DNA from: Eledone cirrhosa
Lineage: Eukaryota
Assembly (NCBI GenBank): GCA_964016885.1
Contig: OZ024741.1
Location: forward strand, 57,846,001-57,910,000
Length of the DNA stretch: 64,000 bases
Direction of reading: 5' to 3'
The notes under the pieces: model-generated
The model's input: only the letters and a program-made list of their open reading frames with translations
Database searches by the model: none
What the model was told of the DNA's origin: nothing
Translations under genes and position numbers: made by a program
Shown: in pieces, positions 1 to 15,879 of the stretch
How the letters are laid out: each line of letters opens with the position of its first letter
How positions within the stretch are numbered: position 1 is the stretch's first letter

Positions 1-64
1 CTGCGTGAATCCATTTGGCTATATTCTACTACAAATGTTAATATACTTCTATCCAAGTTACTTT
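1..64 (-). pseudogene. Exon-like segment (most 3' visible) of a decayed minus-strand multi-exon gene
   Basis: Acceptor ttgttttag, then the phase-1 frame reads (E)SNLDRSILTFVVEYSQMDSR without a stop to the window edge. Confidence 0.45.
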
Positions 65-477
65 CTAAAACAATTGAATATCCATGCTATCTAAATATAA
101 ATAGTTCACCTTACACTTAGTCTAGCTTGCTATTAGCTTTGTAATTATTCAGATGATGGGAATAAATAAAATCCTTCCAGTCAGAAAATGAGTCATTAAA
201 TATAATTTCCACAAACATTAGTTCGTTCACAAAATCTCGAATTTCAAGAGCAAATGCAATAAAATTGCTATGGGAAATAGACAGAACTTAGCAGTATAGT
301 TTATATGAAGCATACATTGAAATTGGGTTTCTTACTAGACATGACTAACTGTCGATAAAATATCTATTAATGAAAATTATGATCTGAAAAGGCAACTATT
401 TAATATTAAGAGGGTTATCCATTTTACAGTGTATTTATATTGATTACACTACAACTAACTATTCAGATGTATATAAC

Positions 478-690
478 ATGTGCTTTAGTGGCTAGGGTGC
501 TGAATTCATTGTATGATCATGAGTTCAATTCCCAAACTAATTCTGTCTACCCAAGTTTCCTCACAAGGCTTGGGTCAGCCTGAGGCTATAGTAAATGACA
601 CTTGCTCCAGAAGCCACACAGTAGGATTGAACCTGGTACCTAATGATTGCAAAGCAAACCTCTTAACCATTTAGCCATATTGTGCCCATA
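478..690. mobile_element. Degraded tRNA-derived SINE fragments
   Basis: A/B-box-like text (tttagtggctagg ... gagttcaattccc) on +, and a similar head on - near 620-680; related to 49690-49840. Confidence 0.5.
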
Positions 691-814
691 CTAAATGGTA
701 GGTTTCTAGAATTATCGATATTTCAGATCAATCTATAAACTATGTCAGTGAATTTATCAATGAATATCTCAATAGGTTTTACAAGTGCTTTCTAACCAAT
801 CTAATGAAGTTCAC

Positions 815-907
815 CTGCTTCTTGATATACTTTTCCTCCAGTTCATTTGCCATCGATTTCACTTGCTTAGAGAAACAGTTCATTGCTGCTTGTAGCAGTA
901 TTCACAG
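815..907 (-). pseudogene. Exon-like segment, 93 bp, phase 1-1
   Basis: ttcag acceptor and CAG|gtgaac donor; reads (A)VNTATSSNELFL*ASEIDGK*TGGKVYQEA. Confidence 0.45.
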
Positions 908-1219
908 CTGAATGATATATAATTCAATAAAATAACAATTAGAATACTTTTAATATTTCAATAATTTTCGATAGCTCTTATCGACTGATGTACTTTAAAC
1001 CTTGAGACATCACTTTGTCATGCTTTTCAGAATAACTTTCTTTGTTTACATCACTGATAAAGTATATTTTATAAGGAGAATATTGATTTTATTCATTCAT
1101 ATAAAATTTTTAAATATATTCTTTTTGACATTTCTCTAGCAAACTGTTTTATTATTAGGACCAACTTCTTTAGCCTTGTCATAGTGAAATACACAATCTT
1201 TACTGATCATATTTTCCAA

Positions 1220-1277
<58 letters not shown>

Positions 1278-1400
1278 CGTGTGTATGTGTGTATGTATGC
1301 ACACATATATATGTATACACACATATATGAACATATATCTACCTAATAACTTTAATTTATATTATAACCTGTCTTGTTGATTTTGTTCAATATGTATGTA

Positions 1401-1718
1401 TCATCATCATCATAATTTTACGTCCACTTTTCCCTGCTTGCAAGGGTGGGATGGAAACTGATTCTGGCTTGATTTCTACAGCTGAATACCCTTCCTAACA
1501 CCAACCTCATTTACAGTGAGTGCTGGGTGCTTTTTTTCCGTGGCGCCTACACAACCACTTTGCAGTGGAATTATATGGACCCCTCATTTCTACAGCTGAG
1601 TAAACTGGAGCAATGTGAAATAAAGTGTCTTGCTCAAGGAAACAACACATCACCCGGTCTGAGAATTGAACCTTTTGATTGCAAGGCCAATGCTCTAACC
1701 ACTAAGCCATGTGCCTCC
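1401..1718 (-). mobile_element. tRNA-derived SINE with RTE-type 3' tail
   Basis: Head GGCACATGGCTTAGTGGTTAG...GGTTCAATTCTC; tail cccacccttgcaagcagggaaaagtggacgtaaaa+(TGA)n, shared with the LINE 3' ends at 22945-22990 and 41755-41810. Confidence 0.85.
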
Positions 1719-1719
1719 A

Positions 1720-1786
<67 letters not shown>

Positions 1787-2392
1787 TGTATGTAATGTAT
1801 GTATGTATGTATGTATGTATGTATGTATGTATGTATGTATGTATGTATGTATGTATAACCATACATATAATGCCTAAAAGCTTAAATTTCCGACAGCAGT
1901 TTGCTAAAGAGATTTTTCTACAAACAATCACAGAAGCTAAATATGGTGAGGCTAAAAGACATTGAAAAACGAAATGACTTGTAACAGAATGGAGCTAAAA
2001 TAGAACTAAAACTTATTGGCTTTTTATCGATATAATCATACTTCGATGTCTGGTTATAACCTGGCAGGAAATACAAGACTCGTATTTGTAAAGCAAGATA
2101 GGATATTTGAAAATCTACTTTCAATATCCTTATATAGTTTCTTAATTTTGGTCTTTTTTTTTTTTGCCTAATGAAAATGAATCTGCATCATGATATAATA
2201 TATAGACATTTGTGAAGATATGTAGCTTAGAGATGAAGGAGTTAGACTCACAATCAGAAGGTCGTGGGTTTGATTCTTGATTGTGTTGCACATTCTGTTC
2301 TTGAGCAAGATGATTCATTTCACATTGATTTTCATAATAGGATTGGGGTCCCTATTATTAAAACACCCAAGTAAAAGTTAGTTGTATTACTA

Positions 2393-3230
2393 AATCTCTC
2401 CAAACTCTTCATTATTTACAAAATTAATTAACAATTAATTTGTGTATTTTATTAACAATATGGTAATGAAAGGTTTAACAGGAAATCAGCCCTTTAATGA
2501 GACTTATCATCAAAGATAGTTTAATTAGACTTAAATCATATTAAATTAAGTTATGTGGACTTGATAATTGTTTCTAACATAGGCACAGGGTCACACATTT
2601 ATGAGGGTGTGTGTGAGATGATTAAATTGACTCCAGTACTTGACTGGTACTTTGCAAACCTTGGAAAGATGAAGAGCAAAGTTGATTCAGTGAGGTTTAG
2701 GCCCATGAAAAAAAGTTATAAACCAAATAGCACAATGTATTTTGTCTGATGCTCTAACAATTCTGTCAATCTATTACTCTAAGTCAGTAAACTTAATAAT
2801 ATAATTAAGTTAATTTTTAACTCTTAACATTAGCAAGATATATGTCAAAAGTATGAAACAACACTATAACTACATTATGTTAAAAATTAAAGCCTATACT
2901 TTAATTTACTCTGCATTTTCACAACTATATATGTCCACTAGTAAAAATACTATCTTTCCAAGGTTTACAAAGTACCAGTCAAGTACTGGAGTCAATTTAA
3001 TCATCTCACACACACCCTCATAAATTTGTGACCCTGTGCCTATGTTAGAAACAATTATCAAGTCCACATAACTTAATTTAATATGATTTAAGTCTAATTA
3101 ATCTACGTTTGATGATAAGTCTCATTAAAGGGCTGATTTCCTGTTAAACCTTTCATTGCCATATTGTTAGTAAAATACACTGGCTATGATTGTTAATTAA
3201 TTTTGAAAATAATGAAGAATTTGGAGATTT
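2393..3230. repeat. Local inverted duplication, arms 2393-2670 and 2952-3230
   Basis: About 280 bp of near-complete reverse complementarity around a ~280 bp spacer. Confidence 0.9.
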
Positions 3231-3373
3231 GGCTGCTATTTCTATTTCTGGCAGGTCCAATGACACCAAAGAGGTTCTTTTGTTAGTCCATAATAACAGC
3301 ACCTGTAATTTCCTTTTGTTGAAATTCCATGAGTTAAAAACAATTTAAATTGATCGCTTTTGGAAGGGTTTAC

Positions 3374-3607
3374 CTCTGCAGCGCTACTAAATAACATTTG
3401 CTTTAATAGATATTGCTTTAATGACCAGTGGTCTTATTTTGAAGACAGATGTATTCCTCCATTTAATTTAACCATTATAGAAATACAGTGGAGATTACAT
3501 CAAGTCCTTGAATCCCATAATAGCAGATAAATGCGTCTTTGCTATATTATCTATTTCTAATTGGAAAGTAAAGTCTTGCCGTTAACCATGATAGAATTTA
3601 CTCAGTC
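3374..3607 (-). pseudogene. Exon-like segment, 234 bp, phase 1-1
   Basis: tttttgtatag acceptor and GAG|gtaaac donor; reads (G)LSKFYHG*RQDFTFQLEIDNIAKTHLSAIMGFKDLM*SPLYFYNG*IKW..., with 5 stops. Confidence 0.4.
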
Positions 3608-3794
3608 CTATACAAAAATAATTATATTCCAACTTTAATTGCTATTTCAACAGATTGGAATAAATTGAAATATTTCTCCCTAATATATATATATATACAC
3701 TCATACATACGTATAAATAAAACAGTTGACTAAAGAAGCGTTGTAAAAATTTGGAATGGGAAACGTATGCATCCCAACGCAAATGACCATAGTA

Positions 3795-4278
3795 ATAATT
3801 GTTTTTACTTTTAGCACAAGGCCAGCAATTATCCCAGTGCATTACTGGTACTTTATTTTATCGACCCCATAAGGATGAAAGGCAACCTAATAACCATAAT
3901 AATTATAATAATAATTGTTTCTACTTTTGGCACAAGGCCAGCAAAATACCCAGTGTATTACTGGTACTTTATTTTATCGACCCCGTAAGGATGAAAGGCA
4001 AAGTCAACCTCGGCCGGATTTGAACTCAGAATGGCAAGGGCCGTAACTCTTTGCTGCAAAGCATGGCGTCCGACGCTCTACAATAATGGTTTCTGATTTA
4101 GGCACAAGACCAACTATTTTTTGGGGAGAGGAAAGTCGATTAAATCAACTCCAGTGCATGACTGGTACTTTATTTTATCGACCCCATTAGGATGAAAGGC
4201 AAAGTTAACCTCGGCAGGATTTGAACTCAGATAATAAAGGGCCGTAACTCTATGCTGCAAAGCATGGCGTCTAACCCT
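3795..4278 (-). mobile_element. Three tandem fragments of a second tRNA-derived SINE family
   Basis: Repeated actggtactttattttatcgacccc..aggatgaaaggcaaag..aacctcggc..gatttgaactcag with (AAT)n tails; other copies near 2570-2770, 17608-17700, 43260-43390, 44825-45012 and 53175-53257. Confidence 0.8.
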
Positions 4279-4478
4279 NNNNNNNNNNNNNNNNNNNNNN
4301 NNNNNNNNNNNNNNNNNNNNNNNNNNNNNNNNNNNNNNNNNNNNNNNNNNNNNNNNNNNNNNNNNNNNNNNNNNNNNNNNNNNNNNNNNNNNNNNNNNNN
4401 NNNNNNNNNNNNNNNNNNNNNNNNNNNNNNNNNNNNNNNNNNNNNNNNNNNNNNNNNNNNNNNNNNNNNNNNNNNNNN
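4279..4478. other. Assembly gap (200 N)
   Basis: Run of N. Confidence 1.
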
Positions 4479-4582
4479 TGTATGTATGTGTATATATGCG
4501 TATATGTATGTGTGTATGTATGTGAGTATATATGTATGTCTATGTATGAGTATGTATGTGTGTGTGTGTGTATGTATATATA

Positions 4583-4641
<59 letters not shown>

Positions 4642-4701
4642 TATATGTGTGTGTGTATGTATATATATCTTTGTATATGTGTATGTGTATATGTGTGTAT
4701 G

Positions 4702-4750
<49 letters not shown>

Positions 4751-4832
4751 ATATGTATATATATATATATATATATGTGGGTATGTATGTGTATGTGTGT
4801 ATATACATGAGTGTGTTTATATATGTGTGTAG

Positions 4833-4878
<46 letters not shown>

Positions 4879-5048
4879 TGTGAATGTATATATATATATG
4901 TGTATGTGTGTATGTTTATATATATATATGTGTGTATATGTGTATATGTCTATGTATTTATATGTGTATATGTATGTGTCTCTATATGTATGCGTGTGTG
5001 TATGTGTATGTATGTGTTTATGTATATGTGTATGTATATGTATGTATA

Positions 5049-5087
<39 letters not shown>

Positions 5088-5121
5088 GTATGTATATCGA
5101 TGTATATTTTATATTTTACTT

Positions 5122-5160
<39 letters not shown>
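4479..5160. repeat. (TA)n/(TG)n compound microsatellite
   Basis: Direct inspection. Confidence 0.95.
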
Positions 5161-5162
<2 letters not shown>

Positions 5163-5793
5163 CTTAATATATTTCTTTTTTCTTTTTCTTTTTATTTCTA
5201 AATTAATAGATACATTTATAAATAGGCAGTTTGCTGACACCGCTAAATACTGACCTCTACCCCCCCCCCCCCCCCCACATACTTTCTGTATCTGGATCTA
5301 AATATGTGTGGCAGTGTTTATGTGCGCGCATCGCATTATTGTCCATATGCTTATGATAATAGTATATACACATATATGTGTGTGAGTGTGTGTGTGTGTA
5401 TGTATGTTCGTGGTTGTGTGTATGTTTATGTGTATACGCGCGTGTGTGTGTGAATGTACGTATATGTGTGAGTATATGAATGTGTGTATATATTTATTTT
5501 TTTATTTTTTTATTTTTTTATTTTTATATTTATATGTTTATATGAGTATACGTATTTTATCTGTAGATTATAAACATACAGAGACGTTAGCCTTGAATTT
5601 TTGTATTTACATACATCTTTTCGGCATGCGTATGCATGTGAACATATATTTTTATGCATATCTGTGAACGAAGTTACTTACATATATACACACACCTAAC
5701 TGTATAAACTTTTTGTGTTTTCATTGGTCAATTTGAACTCTGTTCCCAAACAGACCTGTAATTTTGAATTGTTGTTATTATCAATAAATATAT

Positions 5794-5947
5794 TTCATTA
5801 TTTCTGAAGACGGCATATATATGTGTTGGTATGTATATTTAATTTTGATAGTTTGTATAATTTTGTATAATTTTGTACATAGATCTGTTGAATATGCATG
5901 CCAATTCTAACACATATATATCCTAGAAACGATCGTTAAATAATGAA
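5794..5947 (+). ncRNA. Type I hammerhead ribozyme with long stem II
   Basis: Stem I ttcattattt/aaataatgaa (10 bp); CTGAAGA at 5804; ~115-nt stem II (atatatgtgtt.../...aacacatatat); GAAA at 5926; palindromic stem III acgatcgt; triplet GUU. Confidence 0.75.
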
Positions 5948-6141
5948 CTTTTTTTGTTTAATATAAGGAACTGTTTCATTGTTTTATTCATTATTTTTTT
6001 AATATTTTATCTTGACTCTGTATTCCGTTTATCTTTCACCGAAAGTGATTTTTCATTGCATCTCTTCTTTCCATGATATCCGGATTACATTGAGTTCTTC
6101 ATACGGATTGGACACTACCGTAAACTCTTGGTAGATTTATC

Positions 6142-6175
<34 letters not shown>

Positions 6176-6598
6176 TATATATTAATATATATATATATAT
6201 ATATTAATATATATATATATATATATTAATATATATATATATATATATATATTAATATATATATATATTAATATATATATATATATATATTAAAATATAT
6301 ATATATTAATATATATATATATATATTAATATATATGTATATATTAATATATATATATTGTTATACTTTGGGAGGGTCATGTTGCCAATATATATATATA
6401 TATTAATATATATATATATATATTAATATATATATATATTAATATACAAAATGGCGTAGGACAGAACAAAGGAGAGGCACAGAAACAAAGAAAGGAATCC
6501 CCAGTCACTGAATATATATATTAATATATATATATATATATATTAATATATATATATATATTAATATATATATATATATATTGATATATATATATATA

Positions 6599-6646
<48 letters not shown>

Positions 6647-6670
6647 TATATATATATATATATATATATA

Positions 6671-6710
<40 letters not shown>

Positions 6711-7262
6711 TATATATATATATATATATATATATTCCTATATATATATATATATTAATATATACATATATATATTAATATATTAATATATTAATATATA
6801 TATTCATATATTAATATATATATATATATATATTAATATATTAATATATTAATATATATATGTATATATTAATATATTAATATATATATATTAATATATA
6901 TATATATTAATATATTAATATATATATATATATTAATATATATATATATATAATATATTAATATATATATATATATAATATATTAATATATATATATATA
7001 TATTAATATATATATATATATATATATTAATATATATATATATATATTAATATATATATATATTAATATATATATATATATATATTAATATATATTAATA
7101 TATATATATATATTAATATATATATATATTAATATATATATATATATTAATATATATAATATATATTAATATATATATTAATATATATAAATATATATAT
7201 TAATATATATCTTAATATATATTAATATATATATATGTGTATATATATATATATATATATTA

Positions 7263-7500
<238 letters not shown>

Positions 7501-7564
7501 TAATATATATATATATATATATTAATATATATATATATTAATATATATATATATATATATATAT

Positions 7565-7625
<61 letters not shown>

Positions 7626-7953
7626 TATATATATATATTAATATATATATATATATATATTAATATATATATATATATATATATTAATATATATATATAT
7701 ATATATTAATATATATATATATATGTTAATATATATATATATATATATATATTAATATATATATATATATATATATATATTAATATATATATATATATAT
7801 ATTAATATATATATATATATATTAATATATATATATATATATATTAATATATATATATATATATATTAATATATATATATATATATATTAATATATATAT
7901 ATATATATATTAATATATATATATATATATATTAATATATATATATATATATA

Positions 7954-8005
<52 letters not shown>

Positions 8006-8783
8006 TATATATATATATATATTAATATATATATATATATATATTAATATATATATATATATATTAATATATATATATATATATATTAATATATATATAT
8101 ATATATATTAATATATATATATATATTAATATATATATAAATATATATATATTAATATATATATATATATTAATATATATATATATATATATATTAATAT
8201 ATATATATTAATATATATATATATATATATATTAATATATATATTTATATATATATATATTAATACATATATATATATATTAATATATATATATATATTA
8301 ATATATATATATATATATTAATATATATATATATATATTATTATATATATATAGATATATATTAATATATATATATATATATTAATATATATATATATAT
8401 ATATTAATATATATATATATATTAATATATATATATATATATTAATATATATATATATATATATATATATTAATATATATATATATATTAATATATATAT
8501 ATATATATATATATATTAATATATATATATATTAATATATATTAATATATATATATATATATATATATATTAATATATATATATATATATTAATATATAT
8601 TAATATATATATATATATTTATATATATATATATTAAAATATATATATATATTAATATATATATATATATATATTAATATATATATATATATTAATATAT
8701 ATATATATATATATTAATATATATATATATATTAATATATATATATATATATTAATATATATATTAATATATATATATATATA

Positions 8784-8833
<50 letters not shown>

Positions 8834-8886
8834 TATATATATATATATTAATATATATATATATATTAATATATATATATATATTA

Positions 8887-8918
<32 letters not shown>

Positions 8919-9103
8919 TAATATATATATATATATATATATATTAATATATATATATATATATTAATATATATATTAATATATATATATTAATATATAT
9001 ATATTAATATATATATATATTAATATATATATATATATTAATATATATATATTAATATATATATATTAATATATATATTAATATATACATATATATATAT
9101 ATA

Positions 9104-9147
<44 letters not shown>

Positions 9148-9459
9148 TATATATATATATATATATATATTAATATATATATATATATATATATATTAAT
9201 ATATATATATATATATATATATATTAATATATATATATATATATATTAATATATATATATATATTAATATATATATATTAATATATATATATTAATATAT
9301 ATATTAATATATATTAATATATATATATTAATATATATATTAATATATATATATTAATATATATATTAATATATATATATTAATATATATATTAATATAT
9401 ATATATTAATATATATATATATATATATATATATTAATATATATATATATATATATATA

Positions 9460-9497
<38 letters not shown>

Positions 9498-9519
9498 TAT
9501 ATATATATATATATATATA

Positions 9520-9621
<102 letters not shown>

Positions 9622-9835
9622 TGTATATATATATATATATTAATATATATATATAGATATATATTAATGTATATATATATATATTAATATATATATATAG
9701 ATATATATTCATATATATTAATATATATATATATATATTAATATATATATATATATATTAATATATATATATATATATATATTAATATATATATATATAT
9801 TAATATATATATATATATTAATATATATATATATA

Positions 9836-9869
<34 letters not shown>

Positions 9870-9925
9870 TATATATATATAATATATATTAATCTATATA
9901 TATATATAAATATATATAATATATA

Positions 9926-9963
<38 letters not shown>

Positions 9964-10289
9964 TATATATATATAATATATATTAATATATATATATATA
10001 TAAATATATATAATATATATTAATATATATATATATATATAATATATATTAATATATATATATATATAATATATATTAATATATATATATAATATATATT
10101 AATATATATATATAATATATATTAATATATATATATAATATATATTAATATATATATATATATTAATATATATATATATATTAATATATATATATATATA
10201 TTAATATATATATATATATATATATTAATATATATATATTAATATATATTAATATATATATATATATATACCTAATTAATTAACCTTTA

Positions 10290-10335
10290 TGCTCTGATGA
10301 GACCCACTTATAGTGCGGATGAAACAATGTTAGCA
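10290..10335 (+). ncRNA. Minimal type I hammerhead ribozyme in a ~110 bp island
   Basis: tgct CTGATGA gacccacttatagtgcggat GAAA caatg TT agca; stem I tgct/agca. Confidence 0.6.
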
Positions 10336-10478
10336 AGTAAAGATATGCATATGCTATAGCGTTCTTTGTTATTTATTATATATATATATATATATTAATA
10401 TATATATATATATATATATATTAATATATTTATATATATTAATATATATATATATATTAATATATATATATATATATA

Positions 10479-10516
<38 letters not shown>

Positions 10517-10534
10517 TATATATATATATATATA

Positions 10535-10570
<36 letters not shown>

Positions 10571-10596
10571 TATATATATATATATATTAATATATA

Positions 10597-10636
<40 letters not shown>

Positions 10637-10750
10637 TATATATTAATATATATATATATATATATATATTAATATATATATATATATATATATTAATATA
10701 TATATATATATATATATTAATATATATATATATATATATATTAATATATA

Positions 10751-10784
<34 letters not shown>

Positions 10785-10876
10785 TATATATTAATATATA
10801 TATATATATATATATATTAATATATATACATATATATATATTAATATATATTAATATATATATATATATATATATA

Positions 10877-10916
<40 letters not shown>

Positions 10917-10934
10917 TATATATATATATTAATA

Positions 10935-11175
10935 TACAAAATGGCGTAGGACAGAACAAAGGAGAGTCACAGAAACAAAGAAAGGAATCCCCAGTCACTG
11001 AAGAGGTCTCAGAGTGTGTGACGAAAGAACTATGATAATATATAAACAACTATCTGGTTGTGGAACCAACCAACCAACCAGAAATTTATAAATTTATTAT
11101 AATAATAAATTGAAGTGAAAGCAACTGGTGCGTGTGTTTCTTATTGGCAACATGATCCTCCCAAAGTATAACAAT
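10935..11175 (+). mobile_element. Non-autonomous Penelope-like pLTR cassette with HHR at 10994-11036
   Basis: gtca CTGAAGA ..gtc..gac GAAA gaac TA tgat; 3' end ttggcaacatgatcctcccaaagtataacaa is shared with 33985-34014, and on - with 6357-6390 and 32401-32425; flanked by (TA)n. Confidence 0.7.
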
Positions 11176-11296
11176 ATATTAATATATATATATATATATT
11201 AATATATATATATATTAATATATATATATATTAATATATATTAATATATATATATATTAATATATATATATATATATATTAATATATATATATATA

Positions 11297-11334
<38 letters not shown>

Positions 11335-11777
11335 TATATATATATATTAATATATATATTAAGATATTAATATATATATATATATTAATATAGTATGCTA
11401 GGGAAAGGATCAGGGGTGTATAACACTCCACTTATCAGAGCAGGCAGTATATATATAATATATTAATAATATATATATATATTAATATATTAATATATAT
11501 ATATATATATTAATATATTAATATATATATATTAATATATTAATATATATATATATATATTAATATATTAATATATATATATATATTAATATATATATAT
11601 ATATAAATATATTAATATATATATATATATATTAATATATATATATATATATTAATATATTAATATATATATATATATATTAATATATTAATATATATAT
11701 ATATATATATATATTAATATATTAATATATATATATATATATATTAATATATATATATTAATATATATATATATATA

Positions 11778-11811
<34 letters not shown>

Positions 11812-11829
11812 TATATATATATATATATA

Positions 11830-11873
<44 letters not shown>

Positions 11874-12294
11874 TATATTAATATATATATTTAGATATTA
11901 ATATATATATATATATATTAATATATTAATATATATATATATTAATATATTAATATATATATATATATTAATATATTAATATATATATATTAATATATTA
12001 ATATATATATATATATATTAATATATTAATATATATATATATATTAATATATATATATATTAATATATATATATATAAATATATTAATATATATATATAT
12101 ATATAAATATATTAATATATATATATATATATTAATATATTAATATATATATATATATATTAATATATTAATATATATATATATATATTAATATATATAT
12201 ATATATATATATTAATATATTAATATATATATATATATATATTTAATATATATATATTAATATATATATATATATATTAATATATATATATATA

Positions 12295-12370
<76 letters not shown>

Positions 12371-12455
12371 AGGGTTTAGATCAATATCCAGTGGATTTAT
12401 ATATATATATAAATAAATAAATATACACGGGTGTGTATGATTGTGTATAGAAGAT

Positions 12456-12707
12456 TATATTAATAAAAGGAATTCCAACTTTGTTTGATTTACTCGTTTC
12501 ATTTATAATCCTTTAAAATTATAATAATATTATAATTAAATAGTATGGTAGAATATAAATGTTAAGTGTTAATTGAACAAGTACTTCAATTAACACTTAA
12601 CATTTAATATTCTACCATACTGTTTCATTATAATATCATTATAATTTTAAAGGATTGTAAATAAAACGAGTAAATCAGACAAAGTTGGAATTCCTTTTAT
12701 TAATATA
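12456..12707. repeat. Fold-back palindrome, ~120 bp arms, 7-nt loop
   Basis: Centre aattgaa-caagtac-ttcaatt at 12571-12591; arms pair with few mismatches. Confidence 0.9.
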
Positions 12708-12728
12708 TATGTATATATATATACTTAC

Positions 12729-12784
12729 CCATGCCAAATCATCTGACAGATAATAGCCCTACTTTGGATATTTCTACATCAGTG
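12729..12784 (-). pseudogene. Exon-like segment, 56 bp, phase 2-1
   Basis: tgtgcag acceptor and consensus GG|gtaagt donor; reads TDVEISKVGLLSVR*FGM(G). Confidence 0.45.
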
Positions 12785-12941
12785 CTGCACAGCAAACTTA
12801 TTTACTGATTTATTTATTGAACACAGAGGATTACTTTATATTCAAGTAAACTATTCAAATTTGTATGATTGTTTAAGGTTCAGTATTTCACCTCCCTGAG
12901 GTCTGCACCCTAGGCAATTGCCTGGTTGGCCTTAAAAGTAG

Positions 12942-13367
12942 TTTAGGAGAGATGGTCACCATTTTTAGAAGGCTGCATTGTTTTATGATTTAGAGGGGAG
13001 TTTGTTTCCCTAGCTTGGCTGCTAGAACATCTCTTCTATAGGTTGTTAGGTGTAGGTAAATGATTAAACAAAAAGAACATACCTCAGTGATTATATATAT
13101 ACATGAGTATTTTAATCAGAGCAATAAACAAAACAGATTATCATATCAGTTGCTCCTTGATTGGTAATTCGTAATTATCATTAAGTGGCGGTGTTCAAAT
13201 ATCCCATGACAGCATGGTGCAATATCGCTGTTTCACCACGGTGAAACGCGTCTGCTCGCATCAACACACAAAGTTGGAAAGAGTGTGTATTCAGCTACTG
13301 ACGTCAGAACTAAGGGCAATTAATCGACTGCCTCCAAAATCAAAGCTAGGTGGCGTGATCTTCTACA
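12942..13367 (-). mobile_element. Solo LTR of the Gypsy family found at 26350-31443
   Basis: Homologous to both LTRs; TSD GTAG at 12938-12941 and 13368-13371. Confidence 0.92.
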
Positions 13368-13712
13368 GTAGTGCTAGCCCTGCCTCAGGGATAAACTCAA
13401 CCAACTGCTTACCTGTTCTGCAAATATTATCTTTATGTCAAGTTATAAAAATCAAAGCAAATAGGCAGAGTCCTTAGAATGTAAAATATGATAAATATGA
13501 TGTTTTTCTAAAGTATAAATTAGAATGAAGCAGAGATAATTAGTGTTCAGGGTTGTATAATATAATCTGAAATACACTTAATAGGCATATCCCATGCATA
13601 CACACACACCCCAATAATACAGTATCACAATATGTACCAAAATAATATACACATCAATAATATATATCACAGTAATACATCACAATAATATGCCATAATA
13701 TCATATATCACA

Positions 13713-14948
<1,236 letters not shown>

Positions 14949-15053
14949 GTGTATATATAACAATAATATATATACATATGAACGTGAACGTATGTGCATA
15001 ACAATGCATATCACAATAATATATATATTTCACAATAAAATAAAGTCACTCAT

Positions 15054-15257
15054 ATAACAAGACAGAATCTTAAAAGATTTGGGATTACTTATGATGTTAT
15101 TAGGTGGGAATGTTGTTGTGCAGCACATTGCTTCACATTCAAACCAAATTTGAATAGAATTTTTCTTATATTGTTGTATATTCTTCAGGGGACAATTATA
15201 TTCTGTGCTAAGAAGCATAATTGATCAATGAATATACTTTTGAAAGGCATGAAACAC
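15054..15257 (-). pseudogene. Exon-like segment, 204 bp, phase 2-2, donor apparently mutated
   Basis: ctatttacag acceptor; reads CFMPFKSIFIDQLCFLAQNIIVP*RIYNNIRKILFKFGLNVKQ...; ends at ATGAGT (GTGAGT-like) in the phase required by the next exon. Confidence 0.45.
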
Positions 15258-15305
15258 CTGTAAATAGAATATGTAGTAAACCCATATATGTGTGTATATG
15301 TATAT

Positions 15306-15650
15306 GGAGGGACGTGGCTTAGTGGTTAGAGCATTGGCCTTGCAATCGAAATGTTGTGAGTTCAATTCTCAGACCGGGTGATGTGTTGTTTCCTTGAGCA
15401 AGACACTTTATTTCACATTGCTCCAGTTTACTCAGCTGTAGAAATGAGATGATAGGGACTGGGGTCCCTATCATTCCACTGCAAAGTGGTCGTGGAGGTG
15501 CCACAACAAAAAAAAAGCACCCAGCACTCATTGTAAATGAGGTTGGTGTTAGGAAGGGCATCCAGCTGTAGAAATCAAGCCAGAATCAGTTCCCGTCCCA
15601 CCCTTGCAAGCAGGGAAAAAGGACGTAAAATGATGATGATGATGATGATA
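15306..15650 (+). mobile_element. Full-length tRNA-derived SINE with RTE-type tail
   Basis: A box TGGCTTAGTGG, B box GAGTTCAATTC, tail ...ggacgtaaaa(TGA)n; inverted relative to the copy at 1401-1718. Related heads at 19023, 19652, 50274 (+) and 21801, 45850 (-). Confidence 0.88.
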
Positions 15651-15879
15651 TCATCATTCATTTTCTCTGCCTGCAGCAGATTGTACACTAATATGACTTA
15701 GTTCTTTCCAAACTTTCCTATTTTGTGTGGCTTCATTTAGTTCATATAGATTTAGACCAGACAATTGATAGCCTTGTCTTGTCAGTGCCTTGATGGCCTA
15801 CCCTAGTATCATTTACCCTAAATGATACCCTCTATACATGGTTTAGAAATACCTTTTTGTGGATGTTATATATTTATAG

